The notes beneath the pieces are model-generated. The model was not told the origin of the DNA. It saw nothing but the letters and a program-made list of their open reading frames with translations, and ran no database searches. This document shows, piece by piece, positions 10,139 through 19,111 of a stretch of 64,000 nt of DNA (position 1 is the first letter of the stretch; the number at the start of each line of letters is the position of its first letter). The stretch comes from an uncultured Gammaproteobacteria bacterium (GTDB lineage Bacteria; Patescibacteriota; Patescibacteriia; Magasanikbacterales; UBA922), in contig CAZTEU010000001.1 of NCBI GenBank assembly GCA_964612105.1, positions 147,437 to 211,436 of the forward strand, read 5' to 3'. Made by a program: the position numbers and the translations under genes.

Positions 10139-10971
10139 TTGGAGTATTATTAATGTCATTATCCACACTTCTTTCTGAGGTATCTTCATGTATTGGAAAA
10201 AAGGAAATGAAGGAACATAAGGAGACTGTGTACAGCATGGGGTTTTTAAATGTGTTTTTTATATTCTTCTTTTTTGCAATAACCCTAGTATTCTTTACAA
10301 ATGATTATAGATTTTCTATTGAGTCACTCCCCTTCTTTGCTTTACGTTTAGTTCTAGAAATTATATTAATACACATAACACTAAAAGCAATACAATTAGC
10401 TGACAGAAGCACATTTAACTTTATCCGCCTTCTTACAATACCTGGAATATTCGCTATGGATGTAATACTTGGATACTCACTTACAATAACTGAGATTATA
10501 GGTGTGCTGATTATTATATTTACACTATTATCTGTAGCAGCAAATCACAAGTTTGGAAAGAAAGGCGCTCACCTTGCGGGGGCAAGCGGGCTATTGGCGG
10601 TATTTACAGTATCTTTGTATAAATATAATATAACTCATTACAATTCCGTAGAAATTGAACAAATAATGATGACATCTATTATGCTGATATATTTATTCTT
10701 TGGTGCCACTTTTATTACAAAAGAAAGACCTATTACAATGCTAAAGAAAGGTATATTCTTTACTCAGTCTATGGCCCACGGACTAGCAGGTGTAATTGCA
10801 GGATTTGCATTCATGTTTGCACCTGCATCTGTTATTATGGCTACAAGTAGAGCAACATCTGTACTCTGGTCTATTGTGTCTGGAAATATGTATTTTCATG
10901 AAAGACACGTTGTTTCTAAAATAATATTTTTCCTACTAATACTGTGTGGATTAATATTTTTTGTGTTATAA
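10135..10971 (+). CDS. DMT/EamA-like multipass membrane protein
   Basis: 278 aa with about 10 hydrophobic segments; ATGA overlap with the upstream gene. Confidence 0.65.
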   Translation: MIGVLLMSLSTLLSEVSSCIGKKEMKEHKETVYSMGFLNVFFIFFFFAITLVFFTNDYRFSIESLPFFALRLVLEIILIHITLKAIQLADRSTFNFIRLLTIPGIFAMDVILGYSLTITEIIGVLIIIFTLLSVAANHKFGKKGAHLAGASGLLAVFTVSLYKYNITHYNSVEIEQIMMTSIMLIYLFFGATFITKERPITMLKKGIFFTQSMAHGLAGVIAGFAFMFAPASVIMATSRATSVLWSIVSGNMYFHERHVVSKIIFFLLILCGLIFFVL

Positions 10972-10993
10972 TTGGTAAAACAAAAACAAATAT

Positions 10994-11530
10994 ATGGAAG
11001 ATGAGAAAATAGAACAGCCACAGATTGACGTGGCTAGAGTAAAACAACAATTAATATCGATGAAAGACCAGATAGATGGGATAGTTAAGTTGTTACAAGG
11101 GTCGCAAACACGTCTAATTTCTAGTACAAGCCCAAACGCTAAGATATTAGATACTGGTGAAAGAATAATAGAGGGTGTATTTGATGGGCAAACTATGATT
11201 GGAGATGATGAAGGAGAATATCATGTGGCCCCAAACTACTCCAGTAAATCAAAGCTTGTAGAGGGAGATAGGTTAAAACTAACAATAACTAACAACGGAT
11301 CATTCTTATACAAGCAGATAGCACCTGTAGAGCGTATACAAGTAGTCGGAGAGCTTACACGTGATGATGATACAAATCAGTGGGTTGTAGTATCTGAAGG
11401 TAAACCATACAAAATATTGTCTGCGTCTGTAACTTTTCACAAAGGTAAATCTGGTGATGATGTAACTATACTAATTCCAAAGGACGGTGTAGCAACATGG
11501 GGAGCGGTAGAAAACATAATTCCCAAGTAA
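10994..11530 (+). CDS. conserved hypothetical protein
   Basis: IIEGVFDGQTMIG...Y.V..NYSSKSKLVEGD.LKL; native codon usage. Confidence 0.75.
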   Translation: MEDEKIEQPQIDVARVKQQLISMKDQIDGIVKLLQGSQTRLISSTSPNAKILDTGERIIEGVFDGQTMIGDDEGEYHVAPNYSSKSKLVEGDRLKLTITNNGSFLYKQIAPVERIQVVGELTRDDDTNQWVVVSEGKPYKILSASVTFHKGKSGDDVTILIPKDGVATWGAVENIIPK

Positions 11531-11542
11531 AATCATATACCA

Positions 11543-11570
11543 AAAAAATCCCTCTAATGAGGGATTTTTT
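11543..11570. terminator. bidirectional intrinsic terminator
   Basis: AAAAAATCCCTC-TAAT-GAGGGATTTTTT. Confidence 0.75.
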
Positions 11571-11581
11571 ATTTTCTTCTC

Positions 11582-11839
11582 TTAACTCATGTGTGCTGAG
11601 ACAAGCTTTGTCATCTCAAACATGTTTACTTCCTTCTTTCCACCAAACAAAGGTAGAAGCTTATCATCAGCGATGATGTTTCGCTTGTTGCTTGGGTTCT
11701 GCAAGTCATTCTTCTTAATGTATTCCCAAAGTTTCTTTACCACTTGACCACGTGGCATTGGACCTTTACCTACAACTGCTTCTAGCTCTGCAGATAGTGT
11801 TAGCGGCTTTAGAAGCGCTGGATTTGCTTTTCTTGGCAT
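11582..11839 (-). CDS. SWIB/MDM2 domain protein
   Basis: LSAELEAVVG...PRGQVVKKLWEYIKKNDLQNPSNKRNIIADDKL; start at MPRKAN. Confidence 0.92.
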   Translation of the reverse strand: MPRKANPALLKPLTLSAELEAVVGKGPMPRGQVVKKLWEYIKKNDLQNPSNKRNIIADDKLLPLFGGKKEVNMFEMTKLVSAHMS

Positions 11840-11978
11840 AGCGTATGCTTTAAAAGTATTTAGAATTAAGTTATCCACAGCATAACATACTTATAGACAA
11901 AAGGCAATAGCAAGTCAACTTATGTTGGTTTACTAGAGTATATATATAAGATATAATTGTCTCAGTATTTAAACATAT

Positions 11979-13544
11979 ATGGCACTATATCATACATATC
12001 GTCCACAGAATTTTTCGGATGTTGTGGGTCAAGAACACATTGTAAGGACTTTGGAAAACCAGACATCCAGAGGAAAGGTTGCGCATGCATACCTATTTTC
12101 TGGTCCGCGGGGTGTTGGTAAGACTACCCTAGCTCGTATTCTGGCTAAATCTGTAAATTGTCAGAATAGGGAGGAAAATGACTCTAATCCATGCAATACA
12201 TGTCAAAGCTGTACTGATATATCCTCAACACGCTCTATAGATGTGGTTGAGATAGATGCTGCTAGCCATACAGGTGTAGATAATGTTAGGGAAAATATTA
12301 TTGAGCATGCACGATTCCAGCCAACCTCATCATCATATAAGGTGTTTATTATAGATGAGGTACACATGCTCTCCACAAGCGCATTTAATGCCCTTTTGAA
12401 GACATTAGAAGAACCTCCTGCACATGCTAAGTTTATTCTTGCTACAACAGAGCTCAAAAAGCTCCCTGAGACAATTGTATCTCGCTGTCAGAGATTTGGA
12501 TTTACTCGCGTAGCTTACAATGACCTTAAGAAACACCTTAAAAATATATCAAAGTTAGAGGAAATAGAAATAGATGATGATGTTTTGGACAGAATAATAG
12601 CTAAAAGCGATGGTTGTGTGAGAGATGCTATAAGTCTTTTTGAACAAGTTATTGCCACAGGTCAAAAACATATAGATGCAGATATTGCTAGTGCTGTTCT
12701 GCCAGTTGCAAAGTATGAGGATATTCTATTATTTGTAAGTTCTATAATAAGTAAAGATATCTCTAAATCCCTGAATACTTTGGAAGATATATTACAAGAA
12801 GGTACAGACTGCGTATTCTTGGCAGAGCAGACAATATCCTTTTTGCGTTATACTCTAATCCTAAAAAATACGCCAGGAAACACCATACCAGGTACAGATT
12901 TAGACAAAAAAACCATAGATAGTCTTGGCGAGTTAGGTGCTTCTATATCCTCAGGAGAGTTGGTCAATCTTATAGATATCTTTTTACACAGGAAAACCCA
13001 CATTCGCACCAGTCCAATTCCCCAACTTCCAATTGAGATGGCAATAATAAAGTGGTCTGGTGAAAACAATACAGCTCAAGTAAAAAAAAATAATGTAGAG
13101 GGTGGAGAAGAAAAAAAAGAAATAGAAACTGTGGAAAAGGTTGCTAAAGAAGAGTCTATTACAGTGGAATCCAAAAAAGAAGTAGCTTCCTCTACACCCT
13201 CAAGTGAAACAGCGCAAGGTGAAGTAACGAAGAAAGATATAGACGACAATTGGGCTAAATTCAAAACCACCATTGAATCTGTAAGCCCATCTCTAGGTTT
13301 TTTGCTGAACATGACAACAATTAGAGACGTGAAAGACAATACGGTTATGTTGTCTGTCCCCTACCCTATACACAAAGATAAACTAACGGAACTACAAACA
13401 AAAACGCAGATAGAAACTATATTCTCTGATTTATTATGCTCACCAGTAAAGATTGATGTGGTAGTAGGGCAAGGAGAAGACAAAAAGACAGATTCAGAAC
13501 TAAATGAACTAGCTTCATTAGTAGGTGGAACAGTAATACCTTAG
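11979..13544 (+). CDS. dnaX: DNA polymerase III subunit gamma/tau
   Basis: ALYHTYRPQNF, GPRGVGKTT, zinc cysteines, IIDEVHML, SRCQRF. Confidence 0.97.
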   Translation: MALYHTYRPQNFSDVVGQEHIVRTLENQTSRGKVAHAYLFSGPRGVGKTTLARILAKSVNCQNREENDSNPCNTCQSCTDISSTRSIDVVEIDAASHTGVDNVRENIIEHARFQPTSSSYKVFIIDEVHMLSTSAFNALLKTLEEPPAHAKFILATTELKKLPETIVSRCQRFGFTRVAYNDLKKHLKNISKLEEIEIDDDVLDRIIAKSDGCVRDAISLFEQVIATGQKHIDADIASAVLPVAKYEDILLFVSSIISKDISKSLNTLEDILQEGTDCVFLAEQTISFLRYTLILKNTPGNTIPGTDLDKKTIDSLGELGASISSGELVNLIDIFLHRKTHIRTSPIPQLPIEMAIIKWSGENNTAQVKKNNVEGGEEKKEIETVEKVAKEESITVESKKEVASSTPSSETAQGEVTKKDIDDNWAKFKTTIESVSPSLGFLLNMTTIRDVKDNTVMLSVPYPIHKDKLTELQTKTQIETIFSDLLCSPVKIDVVVGQGEDKKTDSELNELASLVGGTVIP

Positions 13545-13545
13545 T

Positions 13546-14544
13546 ATGCACACTCGCCTGTTACTCTCTTTTTCTATTTCCATTATCATATGTGGTACTT
13601 TTTCTTATATCTCACCAGTATTTAGTGCAGGAAATAGTATATCTGTACCATTTACATCACAAGCACCTTTATCAGATTGGAGACAGCCATGGCAGGATGC
13701 ATGCGAAGAGGCAACAATTGTAATGATAGATAATTACTATGGAGATACTAAGCCAGATAAATACGAGGCGCGTGATCAAATTAGGCATTTACTTAAATTA
13801 AAGAAAAAAACGTATGGATATAGTTTGGACGAACCAGCGCAGGAAATTGTAGATATTATTAACTCATTCTATAAGTGGGAAGCATATATTGTGGACTCTC
13901 CAACATTAGAACAGCTAAAAGGTGAAATAGATCTACAAAGACCTGTCCTTGTTCCTACCCATGGTAAATTTCTATATAATCCTCACTTTATAGGAAGAGG
14001 TCCTGACTATCATACAATTGTAATATCTGGTTATGATGATGAAACCAGAGAGTTTATTACACAAGAACCGGGGACACGGCATGGGCTTGACTTTCGCTAC
14101 TCTTATGATACAATCCTCAACGCAATGCATGACTATCGTCCAGGTGGTAAAACCTCATCCGGCGCAAAAGTAGCCATATTTACTCGCCACACCCACACAA
14201 TCCTCTCTGGAGGATTAGATACAGACCATGATGGCCTTAGCAAGGAGGATGAGCTCGAGCACAACACCATATTATGGCTCTCTGACAGCGATGGAGATGG
14301 ATATAGTGATGGAGAAGAGGTAAGTAAAGGATACTCCCCCACAGCGTCATTTTACAATGCAAAGCACGGAGATTTACTATTATCTTCAAATAGCCCCAAA
14401 GTCTATCTAATTGAGAATGGGAAAAAGCGACACATCCTAAATGAACATGTATTTATACGATATAAGTTTAACTGGGGGGATATAAAAAAAGTAGACCAAC
14501 ATGTTTTAGACTCTCTGGAAGATGCACCTGTCCTTACAATATAA
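13546..14544 (+). CDS. secreted C39-like peptidase with Ca-binding repeats
   Basis: Signal peptide; SVPFTSQAP...QDACEEA; YHTIVISGYD; QEPG; DTDHDGL and DSDGDGYSDGEE repeats. Confidence 0.75.
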   Translation: MHTRLLLSFSISIIICGTFSYISPVFSAGNSISVPFTSQAPLSDWRQPWQDACEEATIVMIDNYYGDTKPDKYEARDQIRHLLKLKKKTYGYSLDEPAQEIVDIINSFYKWEAYIVDSPTLEQLKGEIDLQRPVLVPTHGKFLYNPHFIGRGPDYHTIVISGYDDETREFITQEPGTRHGLDFRYSYDTILNAMHDYRPGGKTSSGAKVAIFTRHTHTILSGGLDTDHDGLSKEDELEHNTILWLSDSDGDGYSDGEEVSKGYSPTASFYNAKHGDLLLSSNSPKVYLIENGKKRHILNEHVFIRYKFNWGDIKKVDQHVLDSLEDAPVLTI

Positions 14545-14547
14545 CAC

Positions 14548-14618
14548 TCGGAGATCGTCTAATGGTAGGACTCCAGGTTCTGGTCCTGGCTATCGGGGTT
14601 CGAATCCCTGTCTCCGAA
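14548..14618 (+). tRNA. tRNA-Gln (anticodon CTG)
   Basis: Acceptor TCGGAGA/TCTCCGA; D arm GTC-TAATGGTAG-GAC; anticodon arm CCAGG-TTCTGGT-CCTGG; T arm GGTTCGAATCC; CCA not encoded. Confidence 0.97.
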
Positions 14619-14622
14619 CAAT

Positions 14623-15459
14623 ATGCTACTAAAAGGAAAACCCTTAGCGGACAAAATTAACAAAGACACGGCTAAGCGTGTGAAAAAAATAAAGAAAGCT
14701 GGTATAAATCCCAAACTTTCTGTTGTTTTAGTAGGAGAAGATGCTCCATCAAAGACTTATGTAAAGAAAAAAGCTGAGATGGCAGAAAAAGTGGGGCTAG
14801 ACTTTGCACTTATAAAACTTCCTGCAAAATCTACAAAAGAAGAAATAATCAAAAAACTTAAGAAAATACAAAAGGATAAAAATCTATTTGGACTAATCGT
14901 GCAATTACCACTTCCGGAACCGTTATATACAGATGATGTGATTAATGCAATTGATTCATCAGTAGATGTAGATTGCCTTACAAACGAAAGCTTAGGTAAG
15001 TTAATGATGAAAACAAATATTATTTCTCCACCAACACCAAATGCTGTAATGAGTATAATAGAAGATCAGAAAATAAATGTATCTGGTAAAAATATAGTAA
15101 TTATAGGTGTGGGAGCGCTTGTTGGAAAGCCACTATCTGTAATGTTAATGAACAAACGAGCTAGTGTTACTACCTGCAACAGCTCTACAAAAGATACAAA
15201 AGAAAAGTGCCTTAAGGCAGACATTATTGTTACAGGAATTGGAAAGCCTCACATAGTTACTAAAGATATGGTTAATAAAGGAACCATAGTAATAGATGCT
15301 GGAGTTGACTTTCCAAACGGAAAAATTAGTGGAGATGTGGATTATAAGGACTTGGACAAAAAAGGGTGTAGGGTAACGCCAACCCCAGGCGGTGTGGGAC
15401 CATTAACTGTCGCTCACTTGCTGAGAAATACAGTTATACTGGCAGAAAACAAAGACTAG
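14623..15459 (+). CDS. folD: bifunctional methylenetetrahydrofolate dehydrogenase/cyclohydrolase
   Basis: IVQLPLP, VDVDCL, VGKPL, IDAG, TPTPGGVGPLTV. Confidence 0.95.
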   Translation: MLLKGKPLADKINKDTAKRVKKIKKAGINPKLSVVLVGEDAPSKTYVKKKAEMAEKVGLDFALIKLPAKSTKEEIIKKLKKIQKDKNLFGLIVQLPLPEPLYTDDVINAIDSSVDVDCLTNESLGKLMMKTNIISPPTPNAVMSIIEDQKINVSGKNIVIIGVGALVGKPLSVMLMNKRASVTTCNSSTKDTKEKCLKADIIVTGIGKPHIVTKDMVNKGTIVIDAGVDFPNGKISGDVDYKDLDKKGCRVTPTPGGVGPLTVAHLLRNTVILAENKD

Positions 15460-15488
15460 ACTATTAAATCACCACAAAACAGCTTTAT

Positions 15489-16454
15489 CTAAAGCTGTTT
15501 TTGTTTTAATAGACTTTCCAATTCTTCCATACTTGTGACCCTTACTAACTTACTTCTAAACTCTTTTATTCCTGGAACCTCGAAGCCTATCTTATTTGTC
15601 TTAAAATACCAGGCTAAATGCTTCCTAAAGGTTACTATTCCCCTCTCACCATAGTGCTGTACATGAAGTTTTGCATGTTCTAGTACAACGTTAATCCTCT
15701 CATCCCAAGCAGTGATATAATCCGGATCTAGTGTTTGTTTAAAAAACCAAGGATTCCCTAAAGCCCCTCTAGCAATAAGAACCCCATCGCATTTGGTTTG
15801 CTCTAGCGCCTCTTCTACCTGCTCTGGCTTATGCACATCTCCATTAGCAATAAACGGCACATTTGCAATCTCCTTCCCCTCTCGTATCCTTTCCCAATCA
15901 CTCTTACCACTATATCCTTGTTTCTTTGTTCTTCCATGCATTGTAATTAAATCTGCGCCAGCATCCTCCAGTACGGGTATAAAAGTCTTAAAGGTATCTG
16001 GATCGTCCCAGCCTAGTCGTATCTTTACAGACAAAGGAGTGTTACCTATTTCTTTTTTTACAGCTTTAACTATTTTACTTGCTCTTTCTGGTTCTTTCAT
16101 TAAGGCAGCGCCGTTAAAGTTACTTGTTAGCTTGTACACAGGACAGCCCATGTTTATATCTATTCCTTCTGGAGATGCATGCTCCATTATTATGGATGCC
16201 GATTTTGCCATCACATCTGCGTCAGCACCAAATATCTGTTGCACTATTGGGCGTTCTACATCAACAAAGTCTGTCATACCAAGCGTCTTCTCATTTTCTC
16301 TTATTATTGCTTCTGAACTTACCATTTCACGAAAAACAATATCAGCACCACCTATCTTCCTAACAATTTGGCAAAATGGAGAATCTGTCATATCTGCCAT
16401 TGGAGATAGTGCTAATATTTTTTTGTTTTGTGATAATATGTCTTCTATCCACAT
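15489..16454 (-). CDS. dusB: tRNA-dihydrouridine synthase (DusB family)
   Basis: LSPMADMTD, IDINMGCP, VKIRLGW, HGRT, ANGDV, ARGALGNPW. Confidence 0.93.
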   Translation of the reverse strand: MWIEDILSQNKKILALSPMADMTDSPFCQIVRKIGGADIVFREMVSSEAIIRENEKTLGMTDFVDVERPIVQQIFGADADVMAKSASIIMEHASPEGIDINMGCPVYKLTSNFNGAALMKEPERASKIVKAVKKEIGNTPLSVKIRLGWDDPDTFKTFIPVLEDAGADLITMHGRTKKQGYSGKSDWERIREGKEIANVPFIANGDVHKPEQVEEALEQTKCDGVLIARGALGNPWFFKQTLDPDYITAWDERINVVLEHAKLHVQHYGERGIVTFRKHLAWYFKTNKIGFEVPGIKEFRSKLVRVTSMEELESLLKQKQL

Positions 16455-16507
16455 AATGCATGATTATAACAAGTGTAAATAAAAAAACAAGCCCCTTATG
16501 GGACTTG

Positions 16508-17920
16508 TTATCCAAATCTAAATTCCTCTGAATCATTTACTTCTCCTGCATCTGTTCTGTACAGGTTAACTTTCTTTTCTTCGTCTTCTACATCTTCACC
16601 ATCGTCTTGTAGTGGAAGGTCTGGAATTTCCTCAGTAGGAAGACCGATTGGAGGTTCTACTCTCTTTCCTTCCGCTTTTTGTACAAGTGGAGTCTTTACG
16701 TGTGACATTGGGAAGTGCCAAATAGTTGCAAGCTCTTCTATGTTCATAACATATGTAGAAGCTCCTGCGTTAGCTTTTCTTTTCTTGTATGCTCTCATTA
16801 ATAACTCCTTGCGATATTTATCTCTAGATTTCTTAAAAAAATATGACGTGTTTGCCTTAAAAGATGGCACGATTGAGTTTGCAGTTGGGATATTGTACTG
16901 GTTCATTGCACCAACCAGCGCATTAATACCGCGTGCAGGGCGATACACTTCCTTCCTTGCAACATATATTGCACGTATCTTTGTTTTAAAACCAATTTTA
17001 CTTATCTTATCTTCCATTGCTTCCAGTATCTTTGATTGTCCTGGTGTCATGTATTTTAACTGATTCTTCTCCTCACTTTTCTCTTCTTTTTTTACGCTTG
17101 GTTCTCTCAGAAAGACTTCATCACCAACAGCTTCTAATGACTTATAAAAAGCATCCGAAACATAGTCGCCAGCTGTTTTCTTAAACTTCTTCTTCTCACC
17201 GATTAAATCTTTAATCTTCTCAATTGCCTTCTCTTTCCAGCTATTGCTTATAGGTTCCACAATTATTTGCAACCACATCTGTTCACCCTGTCCAATTCTA
17301 CTAAAACTCTCCAAAAGTGTACCCATTGGATCTTTTAGTACAGTGTCCTTAGAGATTGAGTGCTCAAACTCCCTATACGAACGAATTGGATATGAATCAT
17401 CCTCAGCAAGAGAAAAATCTGTTGCCCATATATCATGGGTTTCATTTGGATAATTACCAGGTATATCTGTTGTATAGTCCTCTACTTCCACAATCTCTGC
17501 ATCTGGATACTGTGCATAAATTGCTGTCTCAACAAGCTCACGAAACTTTTCCTCTGTACGCACAAGAAATTGTATATATCCTTCTATACCTATGATTTCA
17601 AAACTAAAGCTACGCTGTTTCTTTCCATGATAGAACTTGTCTGCTATATTCTGATCTCTATACGCACCTGCTAGGTGGGAGAACATTTGTTCAACAGCTT
17701 TAGGTGTTTGTACATTTTCTTGAGGAATGTCTACAGCTAATAATATCCACTTCCAATCTGCTTTGTATTTATCTTGCTTATACTCCTTGTAATAATATAT
17801 TCCGAGGTATAGAAATAACCACGCAAAAAAAGTCCAACCTATTATTGAGAATAGCTGAAAAATTACATCAGAAGCTGGCTGTGTCAGGAAATCAATTAGA
17901 AAATTGAAATTTACCGTCAT
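16508..17920 (-). CDS. membrane-anchored hypothetical protein similar to the N-terminal half of the 7565 ATPase
   Basis: Shares FSFEI, AQYPDAEIVEVEDY, YPIRSY, DPM and EELATIWHFP with 7565..10138 (FSFEI, AQFPHAQIEEITDY, FPFKTY, DPM, EELASMWHLP). Confidence 0.8.
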   Translation of the reverse strand: MTVNFNFLIDFLTQPASDVIFQLFSIIGWTFFAWLFLYLGIYYYKEYKQDKYKADWKWILLAVDIPQENVQTPKAVEQMFSHLAGAYRDQNIADKFYHGKKQRSFSFEIIGIEGYIQFLVRTEEKFRELVETAIYAQYPDAEIVEVEDYTTDIPGNYPNETHDIWATDFSLAEDDSYPIRSYREFEHSISKDTVLKDPMGTLLESFSRIGQGEQMWLQIIVEPISNSWKEKAIEKIKDLIGEKKKFKKTAGDYVSDAFYKSLEAVGDEVFLREPSVKKEEKSEEKNQLKYMTPGQSKILEAMEDKISKIGFKTKIRAIYVARKEVYRPARGINALVGAMNQYNIPTANSIVPSFKANTSYFFKKSRDKYRKELLMRAYKKRKANAGASTYVMNIEELATIWHFPMSHVKTPLVQKAEGKRVEPPIGLPTEEIPDLPLQDDGEDVEDEEKKVNLYRTDAGEVNDSEEFRFG

Positions 17921-17933
17921 ATTCTATATTCTC

Positions 17934-18095
17934 CTAAACATCAATAAGTTTATACAGCGCAACATAGATAATGATAATAGAAAAAGCAGACCACCACCAT
18001 CCATTAGATGAAGATAAATAACCACCTATGTATGCTAGTAGAACCACCAAAGTTCCTGCAAATGCTATAAAATGACGTATAAAATTGTCTGTCAT
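17934..18095 (-). CDS. small membrane protein (53 aa)
   Basis: Manual translation MTDNFIRHFIAFAGTLVVLLAYIGGYLSSSNGWWWSAFSIIIIYVALYKLIDV; fills the gap and ends 13 nt before the next start. Confidence 0.7.
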   Translation of the reverse strand: MTDNFIRHFIAFAGTLVVLLAYIGGYLSSSNGWWWSAFSIIIIYVALYKLIDV

Positions 18096-18184
18096 ACTTT
18101 TTACAAAATGATTTATAACAATGGAAGTATATCATAAACAAAAAATCCCTCCAACAGGAGAGATTATATAATTATTATAATGTG

Positions 18185-19111
18185 TTATTTGTCTCTGTAC
18201 TTAAATCTCTCCCAAACAACAAGCAGTGGACTTGCTAGGAACAAAGATGAATAGGTACCAAGTGCAATTCCTACAATTAGAGCAAGTGCAAAGTATTTAA
18301 TTGATTCTCCACCAAATAAGAACAGAGAAAATAATACTAATAATGTTGTTGCTGATGTGTTTAATGACCTAACAAGAGTCTGATTAACTCCCATGTTTAC
18401 TGTCTCAGAAAATCTGTCAGACCCGCGCTTAATTAAGTTTTCTCTTACGCGATCAAATACAACAATAGTGTCGTTTACTGAATATCCAAGAATAGTTAGA
18501 AGTGCAACTACAAATGGTATATTCACTTCTATTCCCATGAAATGACCAAGCAGAGCAAATACACCCATTGTTATCGTAATATCGTGAACAAGAGCAATAA
18601 TAGCTGTTACACCATATTTCCAAGACTTAATTGGCTTTGATACTTTTCTAAATGCATATGCAATAAACAATACAATTGCAAAGATAACAACAAGCGCAGC
18701 TTTCCATGCACGAGAGCGTAGATATGAGCTAATTGCTGGTCCAATTGTTTCTATGCGCTCCTCTAATACCAAATTACCTTCCTCACCTTCTACACCCTCT
18801 GTCTCATAGGCACTACGAACATGAGCTAAGATTTCCTGATGCTCATCTTCTGAGATAAATTTTAGTTTCAGTATTACCCCTTTATCTTCGATAGGCTGTG
18901 CAACAATAGAACCATAATCCAATTCTGCAAGCGTATCTCTCATTTCTGACATCTCAGGTCTTTCTTGCGTAAACGATAATTCTATAAGTGAACCACCTGT
19001 AAAGTCTATTCCTGGTTTAAGTCCATATGCCACCAAAATAACAACACTGGACAGGAATATAACTGCAGAAAGAGTAAAACTAATTTTCCTATTTTTAATT
19101 ATTCCTATCAT
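18185..19111 (-). CDS. secF: protein translocase subunit SecF
   Basis: GIDFTGGS, ALLTILGYSVNDTIVVFDRVREN, RSLNTS; ATGA overlap with secD. Confidence 0.96.
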   Translation of the reverse strand: MIGIIKNRKISFTLSAVIFLSSVVILVAYGLKPGIDFTGGSLIELSFTQERPEMSEMRDTLAELDYGSIVAQPIEDKGVILKLKFISEDEHQEILAHVRSAYETEGVEGEEGNLVLEERIETIGPAISSYLRSRAWKAALVVIFAIVLFIAYAFRKVSKPIKSWKYGVTAIIALVHDITITMGVFALLGHFMGIEVNIPFVVALLTILGYSVNDTIVVFDRVRENLIKRGSDRFSETVNMGVNQTLVRSLNTSATTLLVLFSLFLFGGESIKYFALALIVGIALGTYSSLFLASPLLVVWERFKYRDK

